DNA of 33,463 bases from Octopus sinensis. Taxonomy: Eukaryota. A program made the position numbers and the translations under genes. The stretch spans positions 1-33,463 of the forward strand of contig NW_021833415.1 in the NCBI RefSeq assembly GCF_006345805.1. Direction: 5' to 3'. Under the pieces are notes generated by a model. That model was not told the origin of the DNA and made no database searches. It saw only the letters and a program-made list of their open reading frames with translations. Shown here piece after piece: positions 22,492 through 33,463 of this stretch; the stretch's first letter is position 1; every line of letters starts with the position of its first letter.

Positions 22492-22772
22492 CACACAAAG
22501 ACTGATATATATATATATATATAGTATGTTGTTCTATGAAGGCAAGATCAACAAAAGGAAGTACTGCATCCCTTGAGAGGTAAATATTACCTAATAAACA
22601 CAGCATATATTTTTATGTGCTGCTAATAGTTTCATGCGATGAAAACGACTCGGACAGAATTTGATATCAGGTCTGGTGCCTTCGCGCAATCCGCAGGCTC
22701 TGCCCACATTGCATAACAAGATAAAATAGGACGGCATACATATATGCATACATACATACATACATACATACA

Positions 22773-22806
<34 letters not shown>

Positions 22807-22911
22807 CATATATACATATACACATACATGCATACATACATACATACATACATACATACATACATACATACATACATACATACATACATACATACATACA
22901 TACATACATAC

Positions 22912-23413
22912 TTCTCTCTCTCTCTGTCCGCTCAGTCGAAGTCGACTCTCGGCCACTCGTTGGATCAGTGTCCTCCAGTCAGTTCTATCCTGGGCCACTT
23001 CTTTCAGATTGGCTATGTCCATTCCGGTATCACTCTTGATGGTGTCAAGCCAGCAGGTTCTTGGTCGGCCTCTTCCTCTCTTGCCACTGACCATTCCGAG
23101 CATGATGTCCTTCTCCAGGGATTTTCTCCGCATAATATGACCGAAATATGCCAATCTATGCTTGGTGATCCTAGCTTCTAGCGACATTTTCGGCCTTATC
23201 TGCTTAAGAACATCTCCATTGGTGAGCCTCGCTGTCCATGGAATCCCCAAAAGTCTTCTCCAACACCAAAGCTCGAATGCATTAATTCTCTTCTGGTCAG
23301 CCTTTTTTAGCGTCCAGGTCTCGCATCCATATGTTGCTATTGGGAAGACAATTGCATTCACCAATCTGCATTTGGTAGCGAGTCTGATGTCTCTACTCTT
23401 CCAGACCCTGATC
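22912..23413 (-). mobile_element. RTE-clade (BovB-like) LINE 3' fragment with open frame
   Basis: IVFPIATYGCETWTLKKADQKRINAFELWCWRRLLGIPWTAR..N..VL..I....SLEARI...RLAYFGHIMRR.SLEKDIMLG...GKRGRGRPR..WLD.I...DR..WR.....V..SRLRL, uninterrupted for ~165 aa and flanked by (CATA)n. Confidence 0.9.
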
Positions 23414-23440
23414 ATACATACATGCATACATACATACATT

Positions 23441-23750
23441 ACAAGCACTCCGCCAGTTAGGACAACGAGGGTTTCAGTTGATGCGATCGATGGAAAAGCC
23501 TGCTCGTGAATTTAACGTGCAAGTCGCTGAGCACTCCACAACGTAGTTCTCAGGGAGATTCATCGTGACACTGAATGGGACAGGGCTGGCCCTTTGAAAT
23601 ACAGGTACCACTCAGTTTTGCCAGCTGAGTGGACTGAAGGAACGTGAACTAAAGTGTCATGCTTAAGGATACAAAGCATCGCTAGTAATTGAACTCACAA
23701 CCTTACGATCGTGTGCCGAATACGCTATCTCCTAAACCACGAACCTTCAC
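23441..23750 (-). mobile_element. tRNA-derived SINE family C
   Basis: Minus head GTGAAGGTTCGTGGTTTAG...GTGAGTTCAATTAC (B-box-like), GTATCCTTAAGCATGACAC core, and an (ATGT)n tail. Confidence 0.7.
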
Positions 23751-24070
23751 TTACATACATACATACATACACACATACACACATACATACATACATACAT
23801 ATATACATACATACATACATACATACGTACTTACGTACATACATACGTACATACATACGTACGTACATACATACATGCATACATACATACATACATACAT
23901 ACATACATACTACATACGTACGTACATACATACATACGTACGTACGTACGTACATACATACATACATACGTACGTACGTACATACATACATACATACATA
24001 CATACATACGTACTCATGTACGTACATACATACATACGTACATACATAAATACATACGTACATACATATA
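23751..24070. repeat. (CATA)n/(CGTA)n compound microsatellite
   Basis: Direct reading of the sequence. Confidence 0.95.
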
Positions 24071-24476
24071 CACATGTACAAAAGCAGGTATAAACACGCA
24101 CACACGCGCAAACACGCGCACACACACATATGTATGTATGAATGTATGTATGTATATTGAGAGAGAGACAGAGAGAGATAAAGAGAGAGAGATATATTGA
24201 GAGAGAGAGAGAGAGAGAGAAGGCATACCCTGTTATTATTTATCAAAAATTCTTCTCAAATATGCTGTTTATCAATTCAGTATTCATTTACTCTTTTCTC
24301 CATTCTGTTGCAACTAATTGTTAATCACTTAGTAGTAATTAGCCAAGAGGTGGTATGTAACACATATATAACATGTGGGTCGATGCAATTTCAGGAACGA
24401 AACCTGAGTGTGTAAAATATACTGAAAAACACTTTGCCGCAGTACTATATTTGTTCGTATAATGTTCTCAATTAAA

Positions 24477-25432
24477 GGTGGTGAGCTGGCAGAAACGTTA
24501 GCACGCCTGGCGAAATGCGTAGCTGTATTTCGTCTGCCGTTACGTTCTCAGTTCAAATTCTGCCGAGGTCGACTTTGCCTTTCATCCTTTCGGTGTCGAT
24601 AAATTAAGTTCCAGTTGCGCACTGGGGGTCGATATAATCGACTTAATCCGTTTGTTTGTCCTTGTCTGTCCTCTCTGTGTTTAGCCCCTTGTGGCTAGTA
24701 AAGAAATAGGTATTTCGTCTGTCGTTACGTTCTGAGTTCAAATTCCGCCGAGGTCGATTTTGCCTTTCATCCTTTCGGCGTCGATAAATTAAGTACCAGT
24801 TACGCACTGGGGTCGATGTAATCGACTTCATACCTATGTCTGTCCTTGTTTGTCCTGTGTTTAGCCCCTTGTGGGTAATAAAGAAATAGGTATTTCGTCT
24901 GCGGTTACGTTCTGAGTTCAAATTCCACCGAGGTCGACTTTGCCTTTCATCCTTTCGGGGTTGATAAATTATGTTCCAGTTGCGCACTGGGGTCGATGTA
25001 ATCGACTTAATCCGTTTGTCTGTCCTTGTTTGTCCTCTCTGTGTTTAGCCCCTTGTGGGTAGTAAAGAAATAGGTATTTCGTCTGTCGCCACGTTCTGAG
25101 TTCAAATTCCGCCGAGGTCAACTTTGCCTTTTATTCTTTCGGGATCGATTAGATAAGTACCAGTTACGCACTGGGCTTGATATAATCGACTTAATCCGTT
25201 TGTCTATCCTTCTTTGTCCTCTCTGTGTTTAGCTCCTAGTGGTTAGTAAAGAAATACAAATAGGTATTTCGTCTGTCGCTACGTTCTGAGTTCAAATTCC
25301 GCCGAGGTCGACTTTGCATTCTTCCTTTCAGGGTCGATATTATTAAGTACCAGCTGCGTACTAGGGTCGAGCTAATTAACTGGCCCACCTCCCCAAAATT
25401 TTCGAGCCTTGTGCCTAGAGTAGAAAAGAATA
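24477..25432 (+). mobile_element. Head-to-tail array of SINE family B: one complete head plus four 5'-truncated units
   Basis: Units restart at GTATTTCGTCTG at 24710, 24890, 25074 and 25264 (period 180-190 bp), always after AAATAG. The last unit has a different 3' tail. Confidence 0.92.
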
Positions 25433-25445
25433 TTTATTGTTATTT

Positions 25446-25602
25446 TAGAATCGTTAGCACGCCGAGGGTAATGCTTAGCGGTATTTCACTCTGAGGTCGA
25501 CTTTGCCGTTCATCCTTTCGGAGTCGACTAAATAAGTACCAGTTACGCACTGGAGTCGATGCAATCTACTTAATCTCTTTGTATGTCCTTGTTTGTCCCC
25601 TC
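25446..25602 (+). mobile_element. Additional SINE family B copy, internally deleted
   Basis: AGAATCGTTAGCACGCC...GCTTAGCGGTATTTC..GAGGTCGACTTTGCC..AAGTACCAGTTACGCACTGG. Confidence 0.8.
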
Positions 25603-25960
25603 AAAAAAAGAAGAAAAAAGGCCATTACCAGTATGTGGGACAAAGAAACAAAAGAATGTGAGGCGGTTGTATATATTATGAGAGGTTCATGAAAATTTCG
25701 TATAAGGGGACTCAATGCTTGGTTGATACGGCCAACAGAATCTGAGCCATTGTTTAGGGCAATGAGCGTCCACAAGGCTTTCGTTGTTGTTACAGTGGTG
25801 GTGGCGGTGGGTTATTTTTTATGTTATTGTTGTTGTTTAACCACAGGTTAACCCTTTATTTTGTAGACAATAAGCTGTGATTCAAAGAGGCTGCAAATTC
25901 TACTGTCTCTCATTAATTTCTTCTTTTTCAACTTTTCTCCTGAAAAACAGAATCCGAAAT

Positions 25961-26386
25961 GGGATCTTTTCGGTTTGAACGGTAGATTTTTCTAGCGGTA
26001 TCATATGAAATTGTCACCCATAATCATGACCCTTGTATCGATTTATTGCATTTCAATCTGTTTTAGGGTTAGTTAGGGTTAGGGTTAGGGGTGGGGGAAG
26101 GGTATGTTTTTTTCTTCACAAATGTAAATAAACCCAATCTGTTTCTTAAACGAGGGATATATTCATACGGCACAGAATGTTTTTGACCTCAATGGACGTC
26201 AGTGATTGTTTGAAATTGCAGAAATTGAAGAAAAAACCCCAAATACCTTACAAACTAAACAATTTTCTCAATAAATCAAAGAGAAAAAGATGTTTCATAA
26301 ACACATTCTACCAGTATACGAAGTTTAAAATATTTTAGTTACCTAGAAATTATGTTAAAAACTGCCGTTCAAACCGAAAAGATCCC
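25961..26386. mobile_element. MITE (426 bp) with 22-bp perfect TIRs and a 6-bp TSD
   Basis: GGGATCTTTTCGGTTTGAACGG ... CCGTTCAAACCGAAAAGATCCC, flanked by CGAAAT at 25955-25960 and 26387-26392. Confidence 0.88.
26063..26098 (+). repeat. Short telomere-like (TTAGGG) array with G-quadruplex potential inside the MITE
   Basis: TTAGGG TTAG TTAGGG TTAGGG TTAGGG GTGGGGG. Confidence 0.8.
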
Positions 26387-26755
26387 CGAAATGTTGAATT
26401 TTCCACTCCTCAGAGCAAGTTCACTGTATTCTTTAATTTAGCTTTATATCATATATCCATATGATTAAAAAAAAACCCACAAAATTGAGGTCTCAGCCGT
26501 AGTCTCATGGCCGTAGTCAAATAACATAAATTAACAAAAGTAACTTTTTCAAATATGTTTGTTTATCTATTTGATTTTAATTTTTTTTCTTGTGGTTTTA
26601 AATAAATTTCAGTAACTTTTTTTTCATGTTTTGTGTGTGTGTTTTTGCATTGTGTTATAAAAAGTTTATCGCATACGTTGTAAACTTTATTCTAGTCAAA
26701 CCTGGTTTCTTTGTTCTATCAAAGAACGTACCAGCAGTAGCAGCAGCAGTAACAT

Positions 26756-26786
<31 letters not shown>

Positions 26787-27163
26787 TGATACAACGCATT
26801 AATTATTCCTTTACTAAATGCTAAAAGACAATTACACACACATACATACACACATATATATATATATATAGAACAAAAAAAATCTACAAATACAATGAAT
26901 CTAGAAACAAAGCAAAACAATTGAAATAAATATAATTAAAAATTTATAAAAAAAGATATAAACAACAAATATAGTAAAATGAAATAATACAAATAAAATA
27001 AAAAACTTTTTCTTTTCTCTGGCGAAATGGTCTTAATGAAAATTTATAAATGCTTTTAGCGGATAAACCGACCATGTCACACGCAAACACACACACACAC
27101 ACACACACACACGTAGATTCACACGCATGCTCTTCTTTCTCTCTACTGCGCTATCTCATTCTC

Positions 27164-27202
<39 letters not shown>

Positions 27203-27519
27203 ACTTTGTTCCTCTCTCCCTCCTCTCTTGTTCTCTCCTTTCTCGCTCGCTCGATCTCTCCCTATCAGTCTGTCCGTCTATATATCCAGTTATCCCTTTT
27301 GAACGAGACCGTCACCCCCCACCACACGTTCTCCCCCCTCTCTCTCTCTCATGTCTCTTTCTCTCTTCCTTCTCCTCTCCGTCACTCGCTAGCTCTCTCC
27401 CAACCATTTTGTACGTCTATCTATCCAGCTATCAACCCGTTTCAATGATTAATATATATTTAGCGGTGCTTTGGCACAATGTGGAGCCTCTTTAAACAGG
27501 AAGTAAAATTAACTGTCAG

Positions 27520-28330
27520 ACCATAAGACATTATAATCTATTGAACATGTAACAGTGGCATAAGGCTGTATCGGACATGAAGATCTATTGACTTCTAACT
27601 GAAACATAAGGCCGCATAGGATCGTAATAATCTAATAATATATATTTCTTTACTACCCACAAGGGGCTAAACACAGAGGGGACAAACAAGGACAGACAAA
27701 TACTTAATTTATCGACCCCGAAAGGATGAAAGGCAAAGTCGACCTCGGCGGAATTTGAACTCAGAACGTAACGGCAGACGAAATACCTATTTCTTTACTA
27801 CCCACAAGGGGCTAAACACTGAGGGAACAAACAAGGACAGACAAACGGATTAAGTCGATTACATCGACCCCAGTGCGTAACTGGAACTTAATTTATCGAA
27901 CCCGAAATGATGAAAGGCAAAGTCGGCCTCGGCGGAATTTGAACTCAGAACGTAGCGGCAGACGAAATACCTATTTCTTTATTACTCACAAGGGCTAAAC
28001 TCAGAGCGGACAAGCAAGGACAGATATAAGTATTAAGTCGATTACATCGACCCCAGTGCGCAACTGGTACTTAATTTATCGACCCCGAAAGGATGAAAGG
28101 CAAAGTCGGCCTCGGCGGAATTTGAACTCAGAACGTAACAGCAGACGAAATTCGGCTACGAATTTCGCCTAGCGTGCTAACGTTTCTGCCAGCTCACCGC
28201 CTTTATAATAATCTTATAATATACTGGTGACTAACGTAGGTATACGGCCCGATAGGACATGATCATCTAATGATCTCTGACATAGACGCAAGGCTGCATA
28301 GGACAACGTAATGTACGTCCGTGTAATACA
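27520..28330. repeat. Degenerate ~45-bp minisatellite interrupted by the SINE B trimer
   Basis: Units resembling CATAAGGCTGCATAGGACATGATCATCTAATGAC occur near 27520, 27560 and 27606, and resume near 28242 and 28289. Confidence 0.55.
27645..28201 (-). mobile_element. Head-to-tail trimer of SINE family B
   Basis: One complete head at 28201 and two truncated units joined through the same AAAGAAATAG|GTATTTCGTCTG junction (plus strand CAGACGAAATAC|CTATTTCTTT near 27786 and 27970). Confidence 0.92.
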
Positions 28331-28350
28331 GGTATGGTCACATAGAACTC

Positions 28351-28769
28351 ACTTTCACTCTTTCACTTGTTTCAGTCATTTGACTGCAGCCATACTGGAG
28401 CAGCGTCTTGAGGCGTTTTAGTCGAACAAATCAAACCCAGGACTTAATATTTTAAGCCCAGTACTTATTCTATCAGTTTCTTTTGTTGAAGGGGAACGTA
28501 AACAAACCAACAGTGGTTGTCAAGTGGTGATGGGGGTGGACAAACACAGGCACAGAGACACACACGTACACACACCGCGCGCGCACACACACACACATAT
28601 ATATACACCGGGCTTCTTTTAGTTTCCGTCTACCAGATCCACTCACGAGATTTTGATCGGTCCAAAGCTATAGTAGATGACACTTGCCCAATGTGCCACG
28701 CAAAGAGACGGAACACGGAACCATGAGGTTGTGAAGCAGGCTTCTTACCACACAGCCGCGCCTGCGCCT
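28351..28769 (-). mobile_element. SINE family A, near full length
   Basis: TTTCAGTCATTTGACTGCAGCCAT ... CTTCTTACCACACAGCCGCGCCTGCGCCT. Confidence 0.88.
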
Positions 28770-28831
28770 ATAAATTATTGAAATATACACGTAAGTAAAG
28801 GATACTGATTTCAAATTTTTTGCGCAGGGCC

Positions 28832-28977
28832 AGCTATTTCGGGGAACGGAGTAAGTCGATCCCATCGACCCCAGCACTCAACCTTTACTTATTTTATCAA
28901 CCCAGAAAGGATGAAAGGCAAGTCGACATTGGCGAATTTGAACTCACAACGTGAAAACAGACGAAATGCCGTTTAGC

Positions 28978-28980
<3 letters not shown>
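28832..28980 (-). mobile_element. SINE family B fragment
   Basis: AAGTCGAT..CATCGACCCCAG..AAAGGATGAAAGGCAAGTCGAC..GAATTTGAACTCA. Confidence 0.8.
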
Positions 28981-29039
<59 letters not shown>

Positions 29040-29846
29040 TCTCTCGGGAGCGTCATGACGCCATTAATGATAACACACGCACAGATGCAATTTCACTTCT
29101 TTTTCAGTCTATGGTTAAATACTTAACCGACTGACCGTGTTTATCTACTACTTATATGTACGTGCGTATGTATGTATGTGTGTACATACGTATGTATGTA
29201 TGTGTGTACATACGTGCGTATGTATGTATGTATGTACGTGCGTATGTACGTATGTATGTATGTATGTATGTATGTATATATGTATGTATGTGTGTGTATG
29301 TATGTATGTATGTATGTATGCATGTATGTGTGCAAGTATGTATTCATGCGCTGTGCTATGCAATACTTGCTGTCTACCAAATTCAGTTACAGACAGTGGT
29401 CTGTCCAGGGCAAAAGTAGAAAATATTTGGCCAACGTGCCGTGCGGCAGGTCAGAACCAGAAACCCACTTGCAAAACTAAATGAAAATATAGAACATGAA
29501 ATTAAGGCTTAAAAAATCAAAATGAATACGATTAAGAATCGTATTAATGGAAATACTCTGTTCTTTTTTTTAATCTAAAATTCAAATAATGAAGTTAAAG
29601 AGGAAAATGAATATGATATAAAAATGATGAATAAAATAAAATAAATGTTCTTTTAGTCTTTTGATTTCCATTCGTTTGTTCTGTCAACTTTACGCTATTG
29701 GATATTTAAATTTTCTTAGAAATGTTTTCTTTGATGTGAGTAAAATGAACTTAACGTTGATATTGAATTGATATAGTAAATGGTTAGATTAGTATAATAA
29801 TATATCAATATGAAAAGTGCGAGTCATACGTAAAACTATATAAATA

Positions 29847-31096
29847 TCAGGCTGAGCAAAAAGTAAGCAACGTTTTGAAATGTGGAATTCATCACAATAA
29901 ATTTCAACAATGCGGAAATTTTATTCATCAAAGTAAGTGCCATTACAGTCGACACATTTTTGCCGACGTGTTACAAGTTTGTTTATTCTGGTGACATAAA
30001 TATCTGGAGTTCTGGAGCTGATGAACTCTTTGAATGCGCATTCAGCATCTGTTTAATTTTTGAACTCCTTCTCTCGCAGGAAACCATCAAGGTGCTTGAA
30101 AAAGTGGTAGTCGGTAGGAAAATGTCTGGGGAATAAGTTAGGTGAGGAAGAACTTCATAGCCGAGTTCCCTCAACTTCTGGAGCATCATTAGTAAAACGT
30201 GTTGCCACGCATTGTCATGAAGAATGATTGGCCAGTCTGGGACGGAGGAGTAGCAGTTTTTCGTACATTTTCGGAAAGCAATAATCGTTTTTCCGGGCTT
30301 TAAGAAGTTATAGTGGATAAGTCCAGCAGTACAGCACCAAACTGCCACCATAACCGTCTTTTTGAAGAGCTCGGGCCTAGGGAAGGTTTTCAGTGCTTCA
30401 TTTTGGTCCAACCACTGCGAAGAATATTTTTCTGTTATTGTTTGGAATCCACTTTTCATCGTAAGTTACAATTCTGTCGAGAAATGGATCGGTCTGGTTA
30501 TGAGAAGAAGCGACGACCAAGTTTCATATCTGCTCATTTTCTGATTTTCACTCCAATCATGTGGTACCCATTTGTCGAGCATTTTTGATTTTCCGTTCGC
30601 ACGCAAATGGTTGCAGGCAGCTTTATGGTGAACGTGAAGTATTTTTGTCAGTTCTGGGGTGGTTTTGCGTGGATCTTTCTCAATGACGATCTTTAATTGA
30701 CCGTCATCGATGACAGAAGAGCGTCCACTACGCTCACGATCTTCAAGGCTTAGGTCTCAATTGCGAAGTCATTTAAACCATTTTCGAGTTGACCACTCAC
30801 TGGTCATTTCCTCACCGGACGTTTCGTTGATAATGCGAGCAGTTTTAGCTGCTTTAAGTCCTTTTTCGAAGTTGAGTAGCAAAATTGCTCGAATATAGCA
30901 CTTTGATAGTTCCATTTCAGATGATTGTAACAACGGTGAAAAGAATATCAATGTTAATAAATTCATGCATTTGGGTAAGTCTATGTCTGTATTATCAAAC
31001 AATTTCCAAAATATGATTTAAAAATTCAAAAATCTGCTAAAATCCGGTACAAACTTTTCATAGTTCAATCCGTTGCTTACTTTTTACTCAACCTGA
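29847..31096 (-). mobile_element. Full-length (1250 bp) decayed mariner transposon
   Basis: 26-bp TIRs (TCAGGCTGAGCAAAAAGTAAGCAACG, 2 mismatches) with TA flanks. Frameshifted transposase 30915-29921 has MELSK..IR, WF..., SGR, WVPHD, TYDEKW, LHDNA, YSPD..PTDYH and CVDCNGTYFDE*. Confidence 0.93.
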
Positions 31097-31143
31097 TATA
31101 TGGTTTTACATATGGCTCGCGCACGTGTGTATCTGTGGGTGTA

Positions 31144-31185
<42 letters not shown>

Positions 31186-31580
31186 TATGTTTGTTTATAT
31201 ATATACATATGTGTGTGTGTGTGTGTGCGTGCGTGCGTGAGTGCGTGCGTAAGTGTGTATGTGTGAGTATTGTGAGTGCTATTAATAGTTGCTATATTTT
31301 TCTAAATTGTTAATACTGCTATCATTCAGATTTCAATCATATCTGGAAATGGATGCTGTGTTGTATCTCTGGAAATATCTGAAGGTAAAGGTAAGCTAGG
31401 GATATTTGTTTTCAAAGGTGTTTTCATTTCACAGATATGTGAACGAGGCTTTAGTGCAGTATGTCATGCTTTAAAGAAGATATTTAACGTTGAGGGAAGA
31501 AATGACATGTAGAAAAAGAAAAATCGACCAAGAAATAACAACCAGTACACCTCAAATAAATGTAAGAACAAACGCGAATA

Positions 31581-31804
31581 CTCTTTACTCTTTACTCTCT
31601 TATTTGTTTCAGTCATTTGAATGCGGCATGCTGGAGCACTGCCTTTAGTCGAGCAAATTGACCTCAAGACTTTTTCTTTAGAAGCCTAGTACTTATTCTA
31701 TCGGTCTCTTTTGCCGAACCGCTAAGTTACGGGGACGTAAACACACCAGCATCGGTTGTCAAGCGATGTTGGGTGGGGGGAGAAACACAGACGCACAAAT
31801 ATAT

Positions 31805-31849
<45 letters not shown>

Positions 31850-31972
31850 TACGACGGGCTTCTTTCAGCTTCTGTCTACCAAATTCACTCACAAGGCTTT
31901 GGTCGGCCCGAGGCTATAGTAGAAGACACTTGCCCAAGGTGCCACGCAGTGGGAATGAACCCGGAACCATGG
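31581..31972 (-). mobile_element. SINE family A, slightly 5'-truncated
   Basis: Tail CTCTTTACTCTTTTACTC, body, and head to CCCGGAACCATG. Confidence 0.9.
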
Positions 31973-32243
31973 GGGAAAATTTAAGAATCTGAAATATTAT
32001 AAGCCCAGATCATGAGCAAGACATTGATCTCAAAGTAGAATTGACTGAAAAATTAAAATCTTTCAATCTTCATATGAATTATCGACATACCTTCGAATGA
32101 TAAAATTCAAGGTAGAATAGATATTAAAGATTAAATGTAAGCAATACTATTATGTACCAAAAAATATACCTGCAGCTTATACTAAAGACGTCTGGAATTT
32201 GCATATGTAAACACCTGGTTTTATATATCGTTGCTATTATGTT

Positions 32244-32434
32244 AAACTGTCGTATGTCCAAATTTGGCCAAATGCGTATTTTTCAATATTTAATTTTGTT
32301 TGCAATAGCCGGTCCTTTTGGTCAAACTATCGTATCTCCAGCTACTTCAGATGTCAAAATGTGAAAATTGTCAAAGTTTTGGCCAATGTTTTAACATTTT
32401 TCAAAAGTGGAGTACGTCCCACATACGACAGTTT
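32244..32434. mobile_element. Possible small MITE (14-bp inverted repeats)
   Basis: AAACTGTCGTATGT (32244-32257) / ACATACGACAGTTT (32421-32434). No clear TSD. Confidence 0.35.
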
Positions 32435-32837
32435 TGCAAAAATATTTCTGACTGAAAATATCATGCATGCATGGAGTTATGATTTTATGCATCCAACAAA
32501 GTATTATTGTTAAGCTGAAACTATTGCTAAAGTAAACAGAAATGGAATGGTGAAACTATTTTTTCGTTTTCTGAAAAAGCAACGTTTTCGATCTACAATA
32601 CTTTTGCATAGTAGCAGCAATATGTTTGTGTTCAGGAGTAAAAGTGATCGTGGGATTAAGTTGGATCTTGTGTTGGGACTTCAGATGCAACTGAATATGC
32701 TTTTAACTATTTGAAAACGCATTGCTGATTAACACTCTATGAGTAAGACTGATTTGGACCAAGTTCAATGAATAAATAGATAGTGCATTAACAGTTTTAT
32801 GTTTAGCTGCTACTTTATACTACGGAGTATATATATA

Positions 32838-33272
32838 GGCACAGGAGTGGCTGTGTGGTAAGTAGCTTGCTTAACAACAATATGGTTCTGGGTTTAGTCC
32901 CACTGCGTGGAACCTTGGTCAAGTGTTTACTACTATAGCCTCGGGCTGACCAAAGCCTTGTGAGTGGATTTGGTAGACGGAAACTGAAAGAAGCCCGTCG
33001 TAAATATGTGTATATATATATATATATATCTATATATATATATATATGAATGTGTGTATATGTTTGTGTGTCTGTGTTTGTCCCCCCAACATCACTTGAT
33101 AACCGATACTGGTGTGTTTACGTTCCCATAACTTAGCGGTTCGGAAAAAGAGATCGATAGACTAAGTACTTGGCTTATAAAGAATAGGTCCTGGGGTCGA
33201 TTTTCTCGACTAAAAACGGTGCTCCAGCATGGCCGCAGTCAAATGACTGAAACAAGTAAAAGAGTAAAAGAA
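32838..33272 (+). mobile_element. SINE family A, full length
   Basis: GGCACAGGAGTGGCTGTGTGGTAAG ... GCTCCAGCATGGCCGCAGTCAAATGACTGAAACAAGTAAAAGAGTAAAAG. Confidence 0.92.
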
Positions 33273-33276
33273 TATA

Positions 33277-33316
<40 letters not shown>

Positions 33317-33463
33317 GTACATGTATGTGCGTGTGTGTATAGAGTGTTGAAAAGTGACACACGCGTTGATATGTATTAGGAAAATAAGATAAGGTAGAAA
33401 ATGCTAAAATAATTTTATCGCAAAATATATTTTGTAATGGTTAGTACCGGTTTCTGTCTCTTC

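Noticed and set aside
24477-25432. Regularly spaced ~185-bp repeats as a CRISPR-like array
   Set aside because: Whole units are homologous, with no unique spacers. They match dispersed SINE monomers, the context is eukaryotic, and there are no cas genes.
26063-26098. True telomere or chromosome-fusion scar
   Set aside because: Only about four units, single orientation, and enclosed within a TIR/TSD-bounded element.

Overview
AT-rich animal DNA dominated by microsatellites, with no host exon I can support, so it is probably intergenic or intronic. The SINE families look like those of octopus (inference from recognition, not a database search). About half is (TA)n, (CA)n, (TCTA)n, (CATA)n and (CCAT)n tracts plus many copies of three tRNA-derived SINE families. 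Transposon relics include a 5'-truncated, frameshifted Penelope-like element (RT plus C-terminal GIY-YIG, Naiad-like; 9494-12360, minus), an L1/Tx1-type 3' fragment, an RTE/BovB-like 3' fragment, a full-length decayed mariner, an internally deleted mariner, a non-autonomous Helitron and several MITEs. The most notable signal is five hammerhead-ribozyme-like motifs. One is a canonical type I hammerhead in the 3' region of the Penelope element. Four are minimal or variant-core hammerheads in short solo repeats, and all five carriers end at (TA)n. Two of the solo repeats sit independently at the central (TA)n of the same SINE family. A second SINE family forms head-to-tail arrays with an identical junction at two loci. 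Coordinates were counted by hand and may be off by a few bases at fuzzy ends.
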